DNA from: an uncultured bacterium
GTDB lineage: Bacteria; Babelota; Babeliae; Babelales; JACPOV01
DNA: 64,000 nt
NCBI GenBank assembly: GCA_963744715.1
Contig: CAVUUR010000012.1
Location: forward strand, 128,001 to 192,000
Reading direction: 5' to 3'
This document shows, piece by piece, positions 20,552 through 31,805 of the stretch (position 1 is the first letter of the stretch; the number at the start of each line of letters is the position of its first letter). Both the position numbers and the translations under genes were made by a program. The notes beneath the pieces were generated by a model. That model had not been told where the DNA came from and made no database searches. It saw nothing but the letters and a program-made list of their open reading frames with translations.

Positions 20552-21811
20552 TTATCTACGTGATATCATTTTTTCAACTTCTTGCATTACTTTTCTCATT
20601 GCAGATTCCCAACAAGCATTTTCTTCTTGGCAAAGACGCATGCTGTCATACCAGCATGAACAATCATCACGTCCTGCAGAAAAATGCCATGTTCTAGCAT
20701 GAGGAACCATAACACATACTGGAATTTCAAGACCAGCAACCATTTGAGCTTCCATATTAGCACCAGCTATTACTAAATCAAGATTTTTAGCAACCGCCGC
20801 CATTTCAACTAAGCGATCACAAGAACAATCATATTGATCACAGATCATTCTTATACGTGATTCTGGCATCATTCACAGCAATCTGATTTTTCCATCTCGC
20901 AGCAATCTTTTCTTGCTTCGCAACATGGTCGACGCATATTTGGATTACAACATCCTGGGCGCATCTCTGGCTTGCAACATTCTTGACGTCTGCAAAGTTC
21001 ATCAACCATTGGGTCTTTATCTAAACAATAAATGCTAACGTTAGGCATCATCATTAATTTTCTTACCAAATCTTCCTTGCTAGCATTGTCACCACAACAA
21101 AGATCTTTAAAGCAAATACCTACTTTTACGTTAGTATCACAAGCTAAACAGCTTCTCCAATGTTCTTGACGAGCGCGATCACAGAACAAATGTTCATTTC
21201 TCATGCAAGGTGTTTTTAACTTGAGCAATGAAGGTAAACTCATAAGATGTACTTCATAATCTGCATCGCAAGGAGCATTTTTTGTAACATCATAAAAGTT
21301 TTCAGTAATAGTAATATCAGCTATAATGTTATCAATATATACATTAGCAGCAAAAAAGTTTATTACTGAATTATTAACTATTAACGTAATTGATCGAGCA
21401 CCACATTCTCTTAATGGCTTTAAAAAACGAGCATAGAGCATTATATCAACAGGATCTTGTGGGGCATACACTGCGATTGATTTACCACATAAATCCTCGC
21501 ATCTCCATTGTCTTGCCAAGAGGCTGTTCCTTCATCATGTATTCATGCATTATATCAAAGCCTCTGTTGCATTGAGAACACATCAAGTACGTTTGAGCTA
21601 ATTGATAGCATGCTTGTTTATGATTAGGATCTTTAGCACAAGCGCCTCTTAAACATGCAATTGCTTGCTTATACTTACCCGCTGAGCAATATTCTATTGC
21701 GCGGTTATATAAATCTTGTGCAGAATCTTCTCTTAATACAGGGCAATCTGCGTATAAGGCACTAGCAAAAAATACAACAGAAAATAATAAACTATTTTTT
21801 ATATACTTCAC
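20552..21811 (-). pseudogene. TPR + GT9-like (FlbA-type) protein, Cys/Met-rich, split over three ORFs (21482-21811, 20869-21519, 20552-20872)
   Basis: Signal peptide + TPR; QWRCEDLCGKSIAVY, HLMSLP, VGICF; AAVAKNLDLVI, WYDSMRL, WESAMRKV in the family's order; frame changes near 21515 and 20872. Confidence 0.7.
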
Positions 21812-22125
21812 GTATATATACTCCTTTATTGTAGTTACAATATTATCCTCTTAATTTTTGGTAATAACGGTGTAGAAATCCTCCTTTTTTTAATAATCAA
21901 AAAATTAGACAACACATCATAAATTTTTCTATCAAACTATGCTGTATGACCATTGGTTCTGTTTTCTTAGAAGTCATCATACAAAGCACAGCAAACTATG
22001 TCAAAAAAATAAATGTGCCCTAAAAAAGCAATTTTTTACATTAATTCATGCATACTACTCTTGCTATTAAAAATCAATATTATTTATGGTTATTAACAAT
22101 TAAGTACATTGAACAAAGGATCCCC

Positions 22126-23502
22126 ATGATAAACCCAATAATATTTGGCTTTATATTAATGTTTTTGGCTATTGGCTGGTTTTGTATTTCAGTATATGTA
22201 GCACAAACTATAAAAACCATTAATGATTATTTTTTAGCCGGTAAAATACTCGGTACTATACCGGTAACCTTAACCTTGCTTGCAACCCAAATAGGTGCAA
22301 ATTTTTTAAGTGGCGTTGCACAACAGTCATACAACCTTGGTTATTACGGATTATTATATGCCTTAGCAACGAGCTTCGGGTTTATTATATTATCGCTAGG
22401 AATTGCTCGGCAATTAAAATTATTATCAATAGCAACTACGGCACAAATATTTGAGGTAAAATATAAATCAGTACTATTAAAAAAAATTGCTTCACTCTTT
22501 TCTATGGCCAGTCTATGGGGAATTTTAGTGGTACAAATCGTGACGTTAAACTCAATAACAACAACGCTGGGTATCACCAATCAATGGTATGCCTTATTTT
22601 TTTGGCTTATTATTGTCATCAATACCGTAACCGGTGGCTTAGGTTCTGTGGTTATCGTTGATATTATCAAACAAAGTTTTATTATTGGTACCTTTTTGGG
22701 TATTTTCCTCTATAGTTTTCTTACCAACGTTCATTCATTATCACATCTATCGTATCTCGTTGAAATTCAACAATTTTTTACTCCCGAACAAATATCGTGG
22801 CAACATCTTATCTCAACCTGCGTCATATCTTCATTTTTCTGTCTTATCCAACAGGATATTGCTCAATGTTTTTTTGCAGCACGAACAGCATCAATTGCTG
22901 CCCGATCGGCATTATATGCAACCTGTTTCTTACTTTTTTTTTGTTGGATGCCGGTCTATTTTGGCATGCAAGCAAAACTATTTGGAGCCCTTTACTCGTA
23001 TGAAGTAAATCCTTTAGCATTGTTTCTACAAAATATAGCCGGTTCGGCGATTTTTTTACTTATTATCATAGGTATCGTTGCAGCCATCACATCGTCAGCA
23101 AGTTCCTTGTTATGTGCTATTTCTAGTAATATCGTGCAAGATTTTCAATTGGCAAAGCATTATACTAACACTATTTTTTTATCCAAAACTATTACGTTAC
23201 TGGCCGGTTTAACCGGAATTTTTATTGCTTTCGCTGCACCAACGATCATTATTACCGCTTTATCACAAAGTTATAAACTCTATGTAAGTGCACTATTTAT
23301 ACCTTCAATAGCCGGATATCTCAGATCCAACGTTCAAATAGAACAGGCATGGGGAGCATTTTTAGGTGGAATTATTGGATTTTTTGTTTTTAATTTTTTC
23401 CCATTATTTATTAATCAGCTCATGCCATTACTCTGTTCGCTCATCGGCTATATGGCAGGATCGTATACTAAACCGTTTAAGCAGCTCTTCGCCAACGCGT
23501 GA
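22126..23502 (+). CDS. Sodium:solute symporter family protein
   Basis: DYFLAGK, TLLATQIG, GGLGSVVIVD, QQDIAQCFFAA; about 13 TM; ATG 22126 after AAGGA. Confidence 0.88.
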   Translation: MINPIIFGFILMFLAIGWFCISVYVAQTIKTINDYFLAGKILGTIPVTLTLLATQIGANFLSGVAQQSYNLGYYGLLYALATSFGFIILSLGIARQLKLLSIATTAQIFEVKYKSVLLKKIASLFSMASLWGILVVQIVTLNSITTTLGITNQWYALFFWLIIVINTVTGGLGSVVIVDIIKQSFIIGTFLGIFLYSFLTNVHSLSHLSYLVEIQQFFTPEQISWQHLISTCVISSFFCLIQQDIAQCFFAARTASIAARSALYATCFLLFFCWMPVYFGMQAKLFGALYSYEVNPLALFLQNIAGSAIFLLIIIGIVAAITSSASSLLCAISSNIVQDFQLAKHYTNTIFLSKTITLLAGLTGIFIAFAAPTIIITALSQSYKLYVSALFIPSIAGYLRSNVQIEQAWGAFLGGIIGFFVFNFFPLFINQLMPLLCSLIGYMAGSYTKPFKQLFANA

Positions 23503-23959
23503 CGATATGGCCAACTCTGTTGCCCATATCTTGAACGTAGGCGCATGTTTTTCTCCAAAAACCTTGTTCCTTTTGCATTTTTTCTTTTAAAAATTCTTGA
23601 TATGCTCCGTAACGAATAAGAAATCGTTTAATAGCATGATGCATATCTTTATCTTCAGAAAGAACTATTTTTTTGTTTAAATAAGGGCGTAGTTGATTTG
23701 CCCATCCAGGATTTTTAACTTCTAAACTATTACGTCCCAATTGTTCAAAAGAATCGAGATCTTTATGTAATAATGATCGTTTATTTTTTGTAGATTTTTG
23801 TTTATTCATCAACTCATGATAGTAAACGTCAAAGGCCACTCTATCTTCAACGTTAACAACGCGATTCTTGAAACCCTCGAAATGAGTATCCAGAAAATCT
23901 AACGGCAATATTCTTGCGGTACAAACTAATAAAGAACTTATGAGTATGTAATGTTTCAT
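23477..23959 (-). CDS. Hypothetical secreted protein
   Basis: Signal-peptide-like start, GGGG RBS, immediately downstream of dnaA. Confidence 0.6.
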   Translation of the reverse strand: MKHYILISSLLVCTARILPLDFLDTHFEGFKNRVVNVEDRVAFDVYYHELMNKQKSTKNKRSLLHKDLDSFEQLGRNSLEVKNPGWANQLRPYLNKKIVLSEDKDMHHAIKRFLIRYGAYQEFLKEKMQKEQGFWRKTCAYVQDMGNRVGHIVTRWRRAA

Positions 23960-23985
23960 TGCAACTTCCCCCTTTTTTACTATTC

Positions 23986-25368
23986 CTAATTTAAAATATT
24001 CTCTTTCATCCGATTTATGTGTTCATTAAAAGCATAATCAATTTGCATACGTTCCTGCACCTGCTTAAGGGCATGAATAACCGTTGAATGATCAGTTCTT
24101 CCTAAATACAGGGCTATTTCATGCAATGATTTATCGGTAAACGTCTTCATAAAATACATAGCAAGTTGGCGCACTAAAGACAACTGTTTGCTTCTATTCC
24201 TTGAACGTAAATCAGTTAAGGTGTAGGAATAATGGTTGCCTATTAATTTTACAATACGCTCAAAATCAATAGGAGTTTGTTGTGAATCTTGACTGCGTAA
24301 AACTTTTTTTGCAAGATCTAAACTAATTGATTGATTGGTTAGCGTTGCAAACGCGGTAACTCTGATGAGCGCTCCTTCAAGCTCTCTAATATTAGAAACA
24401 ACGCGTGAAGCAATAAAATGAGCAACGTCATCGGGTAGATGTTCATTATTCAAATCTGCTTTTCGTTGCAGTATAGCAATTTTTGTTTCAAAAGTAGGAA
24501 CCAATACGTCTGCAACTAATCCCCATGCAAGGCGAGAACGTAAACGCTCCGCTACTCCTTCCATGTCCGTGGGATAAGAATCGCTAGAAAATACAATTTG
24601 CTTATGAGCATCATATAAGGTATTAAAAATATTAAAAAAGGCCTCTTGCGTTTGCTCTTTATTGGAAATGCATTGAATATCATCTACCAATAAAACATCG
24701 ATGGCTTTATATTTCATCTGAAACTGATGCACTTTATCAAACCGAATTGCATTAATAAATTCATTTACAAATCTATCAGCAGGTTGATACAACACTTCAA
24801 TCTGTTTATTTTTTACTTTAAGCTCATTGGCAATCGCATGTAATAAATGTGTTTTGCCCAAACCCGAGCCGCCATAGATAAAAAATGGATTGTACAGTTT
24901 GCCTAATTTTTGCGTTACTGCATACGCGGCAGCATAAGCCATTTGATTATTAGGGCCAACAATAAACGTATCAAACGAATAATTTTTATTTAAATTATCA
25001 CGATTAGTGCTCACCGTATTTTTTACCAAACGACCAATTTTTTTCTCGCCGCGAGGAACGTGCTCAACAACTAATTGAGCAGGCACTATTTTTGCTTCGA
25101 TTTCTGGATTGGGTAACGCATCAATAAACGTTAATTTAAATGCATCAACGTTGAGTAGCCTTCCTAAATGAAAGTGCAGAATGGAAAGATAATTAGCATT
25201 AATCCATTCTTTAACAAATGAATTTGGCGCATGAAGATAAACTATTTTTTGAATTGAGTCCCACCTATAAAAAGAAACCGCCTTTAACCATGTTTCAACA
25301 ACACGGCTGCCTACTTCTTCTTTTACAATAAGTAAAAATTGTTCCCAAATAGTGTTAACGCTTATCAT
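23986..25368 (-). CDS. dnaA: Chromosomal replication initiator DnaA
   Basis: YSFDTFIVG, YNPFFIYGGSGLGKTHLL, LLVDDIQ, RLRSRLAWGL, NIRELEGAL, DHSTVIHA. Confidence 0.98.
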   Translation of the reverse strand: MISVNTIWEQFLLIVKEEVGSRVVETWLKAVSFYRWDSIQKIVYLHAPNSFVKEWINANYLSILHFHLGRLLNVDAFKLTFIDALPNPEIEAKIVPAQLVVEHVPRGEKKIGRLVKNTVSTNRDNLNKNYSFDTFIVGPNNQMAYAAAYAVTQKLGKLYNPFFIYGGSGLGKTHLLHAIANELKVKNKQIEVLYQPADRFVNEFINAIRFDKVHQFQMKYKAIDVLLVDDIQCISNKEQTQEAFFNIFNTLYDAHKQIVFSSDSYPTDMEGVAERLRSRLAWGLVADVLVPTFETKIAILQRKADLNNEHLPDDVAHFIASRVVSNIRELEGALIRVTAFATLTNQSISLDLAKKVLRSQDSQQTPIDFERIVKLIGNHYSYTLTDLRSRNRSKQLSLVRQLAMYFMKTFTDKSLHEIALYLGRTDHSTVIHALKQVQERMQIDYAFNEHINRMKENILN

Positions 25369-25462
25369 TATATCTTGTAGTCCATTAAAAAAAATTATCT
25401 ACGATCTTGGCTTTTCAAAGCATTCTATCATGATCATAGATTCTTAATCAACCGGTTTTTTA

Positions 25463-26647
25463 TTAACTTTGTATAGTATGATTATAATACATTTCTATGC
25501 CTTTACATATCCCTTGCGCAATTAAATATTGATAATTATGATCAACAAGTTTTTTTGCCTCTTGTTGATTGGATACAAAACCTATTTCAATAAGCGCCGA
25601 TGGCATATCGGTTCCTATAAGAACTTGCGCCAAAGACTCATTGACGTTGCGATCAAGGACAACGTGCCGCTCGTTTACCTTATTAATAACGTTGTTATGA
25701 ATATTGCTTGCTAATAATTTACTTGCTTGATCAAGTTTTTTTGCATGCTCATTAATACTGTTTTGATAAGAAATAGTATCATGTAAAGAAATGCGTTTTA
25801 TATTTTCACGACAAGACCAATAGGTTTCAATACCGGATGCTTCAGATTTAGGAGCAGAATTTGCATGAATAGAAATAAAAATATCTGCATGATTATTGTT
25901 AGCAGATAATGTCCTCATATCTAAAGGGACGAACGTATCGCTATTACGCGTAAGCAAAACATTAAATCCTTTTTCACGTAATAAATCAGCAGTTTTTGAT
26001 CCGACGGCAAAATTAATATCCTTTTCCTTGATACCTTGAGCCGTTGTTCCATTATCCTTACCACCATGACCACAATCAAGCATTATTTTAACAAGATGCT
26101 TATCCTTTTTCTGAGCGGTATTATTACAGGCATACCGTAAAATTTTATCGGTTTTTTGTTTCATTTCTTCTAAAACAACTTTTTGGTGAAAATTAAATAT
26201 CAGCGCCTTGCGCATACTGATAGAATCAAAAACTGCATAATCACAAATAATCATGTTGGGGTTATACGCAATGGTTATTTTTATCCCATTGATTGGTTGT
26301 TTAACTTCAGTAAATCTAATACCGTACGAATCTTTTTTGACGTTATTAATAGTATTAATCATCTCCCTAGCATCTTTAGAACTAATTTGTGTCATAGGTA
26401 AAAAAAATACTATATTTTTCTGCGTACTTTGATCGGTACGTTGCGCGCTAGTTTCTGGTTTTTCCGGCAAATAATTACATATCGGATCACGAGAAAAATA
26501 ACAAACAACTTTATCCCCGAACATACCTTGATGGTGAAAAACTTTTTGTAATTGGTTCATAGATGATTCGCCGTATACGGTATGCATAACAAGAATAACA
26601 AATACGCTAATAATACTATTACCTCGAATATAATGAGTATTCTTCAT
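25463..26647 (-). CDS. N-acetylmuramoyl-L-alanine amidase (Amidase_3)
   Basis: LDCGHGG, EKDIN, LTR, ISIHANS, LIEIGF. Confidence 0.9.
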   Translation of the reverse strand: MKNTHYIRGNSIISVFVILVMHTVYGESSMNQLQKVFHHQGMFGDKVVCYFSRDPICNYLPEKPETSAQRTDQSTQKNIVFFLPMTQISSKDAREMINTINNVKKDSYGIRFTEVKQPINGIKITIAYNPNMIICDYAVFDSISMRKALIFNFHQKVVLEEMKQKTDKILRYACNNTAQKKDKHLVKIMLDCGHGGKDNGTTAQGIKEKDINFAVGSKTADLLREKGFNVLLTRNSDTFVPLDMRTLSANNNHADIFISIHANSAPKSEASGIETYWSCRENIKRISLHDTISYQNSINEHAKKLDQASKLLASNIHNNVINKVNERHVVLDRNVNESLAQVLIGTDMPSALIEIGFVSNQQEAKKLVDHNYQYLIAQGICKGIEMYYNHTIQS

Positions 26648-26825
26648 ACAATCTCCTTTGTTCCGCCATTAATTGGAAATGCTTCATAAAAAATATATCA
26701 CTTTTATTTGCAGATAGTCAATAAACAAAACAGAGACGTAGCCAATACGTGACAATTACCTTGTATTTAAAAAATAAGAATATTTTTTTGTTATTAATGA
26801 ATCATAAAAACTATTAAAAATACCG

Positions 26826-27950
26826 TTACTTATACTCAACGCGATAGGTTAAATGATGCGATCGTTCCCATGCCTCAAGAAACGCATCAAGATCATAACG
26901 AACATGAACTTTTTCATTCGTTTCAAAGGCTGGATCATGACAAATAACCTTTCTTCCTCGTGCATCCCAGCCAATAACTACTAAAAGATGTCCTTGATTA
27001 TAATCATGCGGTGCTCCCCTTAGTTTTCCTCGTACACTAACAACCACGGGAATTCCTTGTTGTAAAAGTTCATGAATGTTACTAAAAGAATGTAAACGCG
27101 TAACGTAACATATCATAGCACCATTACATGATTGAAAAATTTGTGCCGTATTAAAAGGCCAACTTCCGTAGGCATTAAGCCCATTGTCATACACCGATTG
27201 TGCAATATCAACAGGATTAGTTATGCCTCCCGTAAAATAACTGATAATCATGCTGCATGAAGTTGGCGAACACAGAACTTCTTTCTTTGGATGATCTAAC
27301 TGCATTTGCGATTGCAAAGGAATATTAGTAATACACACGGAAGGCAAATGAGGTTTCATACTATATTCTGTAATACATGAATTAAGATTTGCTATCGATA
27401 CAAAAAGTCCGTGTAATGTTGCCAAAGATGCCCCTTCATGCGCTTCTACTTTTATACGTAATCCATCCGCTAAGCAATAATAAGGCATTTCAATGCGAAC
27501 ATGATGGCATATGGTTCCCGTTTCTGCTCGTGTAAAAAATGAACGTTGCAGGGTACAACCCCATTCAATCATTTTATGCCAATCATGCCATTTTTTTGTT
27601 ACCGAATCACGGATTTGTCCCCAAAAAGTAAAATAACCGTATTCAGGCTTAAAACCATTCCATGAAAAAATAAGTTGAGAAAATTGCGGGGTGTTTACTT
27701 TAGAATATAACAAATTACGTTGATTATTAAGTGTTTTATGCTCTTGATCAGAAAATATTTTCTTATATACCCAATTCCATGATTCAGCACTATGCATAAT
27801 GCCATTAAACGCAAAAAAAACTATTATTAATGCATAGTGTATACGGTTAATCATTACAATGCTCCCCTCAATACTAGAATACATCTGCTCGTAAACGTTC
27901 CCCCAAAAACCACAAAAATAGTTTTTAAAAATGTACCATAACGAGATCAT
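26826..27950 (-). CDS. Peptidase C39-like family protein
   Basis: QSQ..CSPTSCSM, GHLLVVIG, HDP; true start probably about 100 nt inside the ORF. Confidence 0.8.
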   Translation of the reverse strand: MISLWYIFKNYFCGFWGNVYEQMYSSIEGSIVMINRIHYALIIVFFAFNGIMHSAESWNWVYKKIFSDQEHKTLNNQRNLLYSKVNTPQFSQLIFSWNGFKPEYGYFTFWGQIRDSVTKKWHDWHKMIEWGCTLQRSFFTRAETGTICHHVRIEMPYYCLADGLRIKVEAHEGASLATLHGLFVSIANLNSCITEYSMKPHLPSVCITNIPLQSQMQLDHPKKEVLCSPTSCSMIISYFTGGITNPVDIAQSVYDNGLNAYGSWPFNTAQIFQSCNGAMICYVTRLHSFSNIHELLQQGIPVVVSVRGKLRGAPHDYNQGHLLVVIGWDARGRKVICHDPAFETNEKVHVRYDLDAFLEAWERSHHLTYRVEYK

Positions 27951-28112
27951 ACATTACCAGCACAAGGATTTTTATCTAAAAATAACCATTAAGCCCATAA
28001 TTGCCTACTTTTTATGCATAAATCTCTTATATCTTGAAAAAAACATTAAAATTTGTCAATAATATAATTATAAATAAAAAAAATAAATTCAAATAATGAA
28101 TTTGAGATAATT

Positions 28113-29333
28113 ATGATATATCGGCATATTCTTTTTATACTTGGCATCCACCTTTTTTCCCTACCAACCTATGCACAGCAAGCTCTTACTATTGTTCCGG
28201 TTGCAGATCTTATTGGTGAACCCTCAGGTGAACGCTTTACTGATGCACTGGTGGAGAATATTTACAAACAGTTACCCTATTGTGGAGAACGGTTACCCTA
28301 TAATTGCCAGCGCATTCATCAACTGTTATTCAATGAAATGGTAATCATTGAAGAAGAACGGGAAAAAGAGGTGCGCATTACCGTACCCAACGTTTTTTTC
28401 AATAAAGAATATGATACAACTCCCTATAACAGTTATTGGTCTTTAAAGAAAAATTTTATTACTACGGCGGCATTAAAAAAACATGGCCTCGATTTTTCTA
28501 CCATTCCTCAACCAATTAGCTACGAAAAACCTCGATCATTACAGCAACAACAAACCGTTGCACTTACTATACCTTATTACGAACCAAAATTACATATAAC
28601 ATTTTCTGCAGGAACTCGATTTATCAAGGCGGAAAATGGGCAAAATTCATCACACGTGAAAGTGTTTGTTCTTGATCCAAAAAAAATGACGATCGCCACC
28701 ATGTTCTTACCCAAAAAAATATGTATCACTCAGACCAGTAACCATGCTCAGCAACAAAAAATGTTCGTCGCATTAATTAGGCAATGGGCACACTTAAAAA
28801 ATGGTTTTATTCCTTATGTATGGGGAGGTTGCAGTTTCACGCATTATTATATTCATGACAATTTTATTACAAAACATGCACAAAAAAATTCTATAACATG
28901 GTATGAGCGGCCTCACTCTCCCCTAGGACCTCTCTCAGGCTTTGATTGTACAGGGCTCATTGCTCGTGCAGCGCAACTGTGCGCAATACCCTATTTTTTT
29001 AAAAATACTTCAACGTTGGCAAAACATTTAACCCCATTAACAACAAAAGATACGCTTAAAGAAGGTGATTTATTGTGGTTTCCAGGGCATGCCATCGTGA
29101 TAACTGATATAGCCCATAATTTAATTGTTGAATCGCGTGCTTATTCTCATGGCTATGGCAAGGTGCACGAAATTCCATTATGTAATGTTTTTAAAGATAT
29201 CAACAACTTTAGTGATATTCTTGATGCTTATTATAATAACAAACCGTTGTATCGCCTCACCAAAACTGGCACCGTGGCGCATATTATTCCTACGTTTAAA
29301 CTATTGAAGCTAGCAAGCGTTTGGCACCAGTAA
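28113..29333 (+). CDS. NlpC/P60 family peptidoglycan peptidase
   Basis: Signal peptide; QLLFNE, PYVWGG, GFDCTGL, GDLLWFPGH. Confidence 0.88.
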   Translation: MIYRHILFILGIHLFSLPTYAQQALTIVPVADLIGEPSGERFTDALVENIYKQLPYCGERLPYNCQRIHQLLFNEMVIIEEEREKEVRITVPNVFFNKEYDTTPYNSYWSLKKNFITTAALKKHGLDFSTIPQPISYEKPRSLQQQQTVALTIPYYEPKLHITFSAGTRFIKAENGQNSSHVKVFVLDPKKMTIATMFLPKKICITQTSNHAQQQKMFVALIRQWAHLKNGFIPYVWGGCSFTHYYIHDNFITKHAQKNSITWYERPHSPLGPLSGFDCTGLIARAAQLCAIPYFFKNTSTLAKHLTPLTTKDTLKEGDLLWFPGHAIVITDIAHNLIVESRAYSHGYGKVHEIPLCNVFKDINNFSDILDAYYNNKPLYRLTKTGTVAHIIPTFKLLKLASVWHQ

Positions 29334-30066
29334 AAATGCCTACCAATAAACCAGCACCAATATAAGAAAAAACCATCAGAAAAAAAACCGGATAATTATA
29401 CGTAATACAAAAGCTAATAATGCCAAGACAAGGAACAACAATGGCCCAAAAATGAAAAAACCTAATGCGCACTCTTTTCCATGATGGATAATGAATAGTG
29501 GAAACCATCAATAATGCAATTAACACCGTACTACTCATAGTGCCATATTGCGTAGTAAGCCAGCCCAAATAACTTGCAGAAATCCAATCATGATACATAA
29601 CAAGGCTTGCAACAAAAAAAGCCGCCGCCGTTGATGGTAAGCCGATAAAAAAATAGTGATGCCCCGTGGAAGAACTATTAAAACGGGCTAGTCTAAATAA
29701 CCCTGCACATAAATACAGGGTTAAAATAATAATCCCCAAACTTCCGTAATGAACACCATAAAAACTATATAAAAGAATTGCCGGAGCCAAGCAAAATGAA
29801 ATTGCATCGCACACCGTATCTAACTCTGCACCAAAATAGCTATTTGATTTAAATATTCTCGCCAAACAACCATCAACGATATCCATACATGCAGCGATAA
29901 TTAAACAATAGGCGGCTACCTGTAGATTTTCTTCCAAAACATTCACTACGGAAAAAAATCCAAAAAATGCATTAGTAAACGTAAAAATATGGGGAATAAC
30001 GTTGAGTGAACGTTTATAGCGCTTACTGTTTTTTTTTCCAAATTCTCGTAATACTTTTAAGGTCAT
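29296..30066 (-). CDS. pssA: CDP-diacylglycerol--serine O-phosphatidyltransferase
   Basis: DIVDGCLAR..FGAELDTVCDAISF, RLARFN, FIGLP. Confidence 0.9.
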   Translation of the reverse strand: MTLKVLREFGKKNSKRYKRSLNVIPHIFTFTNAFFGFFSVVNVLEENLQVAAYCLIIAACMDIVDGCLARIFKSNSYFGAELDTVCDAISFCLAPAILLYSFYGVHYGSLGIIILTLYLCAGLFRLARFNSSSTGHHYFFIGLPSTAAAFFVASLVMYHDWISASYLGWLTTQYGTMSSTVLIALLMVSTIHYPSWKRVRIRFFHFWAIVVPCLGIISFCITYNYPVFFLMVFSYIGAGLLVGIFTGAKRLLASIV

Positions 30067-30192
30067 AGTTTTTTTACGCTCCCCCGCAATATGCTGATAG
30101 CAAAAAAGAGATTACTATACGTTAAAAAATTGTATCACGAACAACCAAACAAAGTAAATTATTCAATAATTAACGCCGCTATACTGATATTT

Positions 30193-30898
30193 TTATTTTT
30201 TCCCAATAAAATAATCAGTGCCAAGAATTGGAAGCACTGCTGCTACACCTAATCCCACTGCGATGCCAGCATGTTTGGTCGCATCACGCATATCGTTGTT
30301 TTTATATGCAGCATACGCTTGAGCAAGTTGTTGATAGGTAGCATATCCCATTGCCATTCCATATAAAGACATCTCAGGTGCTTTTTCTATTTTGCTACCG
30401 GTAAGATTTCTTGCTGTGCAATCAACAAGCGCTGCCATGGTTCCTACATCGATCAAACATTCTTTGGTATTGCCATCTTGGTATGCTTTTTTTGCCGATC
30501 GTGCATAATTGATAGTTTCATTGACGCTAAAACAAGTAACCAGAGTCCTATATTTATTGATGCTGGCATTATACTTTTCCTTTTCATATTGTATAAGACT
30601 TTTTCCATTTAAAAGTATTCGTTGATCCCCTGCACAAGCAAGGTAAGGGGCATTGTAAAAGCGAGGATCCGACGAGCACATATCTCATAAGTAACTCAAT
30701 GTTATACCATCCCATACCAAGAAAAACAGGCATACTACTTGCAACTGTTTGTTCTGAAAAATCCATTGATAAACATTTTCTTTTAATCGAACCAAGCGAT
30801 AATATCTAGGTTGTCTTGTCGGGTTCAAATTGCCCAACACAAATACTACTCAGTAGTGATAAACAAAAAATTACTACAATAGAATACATGTTCTTCAT
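30193..30898 (-). pseudogene. Disrupted secreted/membrane hypothetical gene
   Basis: GGAGG RBS and signal peptide MKNMYSIVVIF at 30898; TAG at 30806-30808, then at least one frame change before the 162-aa C-terminal ORF. Confidence 0.55.
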
Positions 30899-31026
30899 AT
30901 AAAAAATTACCTCCACAATGTCTAATATCTTTATTATTTTCACATTGCAATAGTTTATCATACTTTTATTACTATTGCAAATGCTCATATCAGAGGTAAT
31001 TACTTTGTAACTGTTCTAAAACGAGG

Positions 31027-31805
31027 CTAGCCATTGCCGCCGACCTGGGCTTTTAATGAGGCAACAATTTCACGCAAAACATCAAGCCGTTGCATCATGA
31101 TAACGATTTCTACATATAACCGGGATGCGCTATTATAATTAGGCCATAAAAAACGCCAAAAGGATGGATCACGGTTAAATCTTCGGGCTCATTTACGTGC
31201 CGGTAAATATTAGTATACCGCTTTAAATACTGTTTATCCTGTTCCAATTGTTTTAACTCCCCAAGAATAACTTTAATAACTTGTTCTGGTGTTGGAATAT
31301 CAATCACTTTACCTTGTTCTATAATAGTTATCTTGCCGCTATAAATATCTTGTAACAGCGATTTTTTTACTAAATCTTTATGAGCACTCATCCACCACGC
31401 AGTAGGCCAATACATACCATCGGCATAATAATCGTCTTGCCGCCATCTACAAAATAAGGTAGTGCTTATGCCATCTTTTGATTCATGCCAATAGTCAACT
31501 ATTTTTGCTTGTGCTGAATATTTCTTTTTCAAAGAATCGATGTCATATGCACCCTTTTGCCAAGCGTATACGGCATAGGCACCCGCGGTTGCCAAGAGCG
31601 ATGTACATAAGAACGGTTTATCATTAAAAACCATCGATGTTCCTATCAATGAACCGCTAATAACATACGGTTTATAATAATGACATCGAATTTTAGCTTC
31701 ATTAATAATATAGTGAATATCATCAGCTATCGTTGCAATGCTAGCCTGATTGGTAAAAAATATTCCTAACATACTTATTGCACTTATAAAAAATAGTTTT
31801 TTCAT
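31027..31805 (-). CDS. Hypothetical secreted protein with probable 1-nt frameshift near 31180
   Basis: Adding one T to the run in GAAGATTTAAC gives a helical tail FNRDPSFWRFLWPNYNSASRLY...GNG* ending at 31027; ORF track ends at 31110. Confidence 0.6.

Noticed and set aside
21500..21530. prfB-like programmed +1 frameshift at CTT
   Set aside because: No stop codon immediately follows CTT and there is no correctly spaced internal SD; a simple indel explains it.
25369..25462. oriC upstream of dnaA
   Set aside because: Only one poor match (ttatctacg) to TTATCCACA was seen by eye; no box cluster.
30806..30808. Stop-codon recoding (TAG readthrough)
   Set aside because: TAG, TGA and TAA all end intact genes in this window, and the same gene also needs a frameshift; decay or error is simpler.
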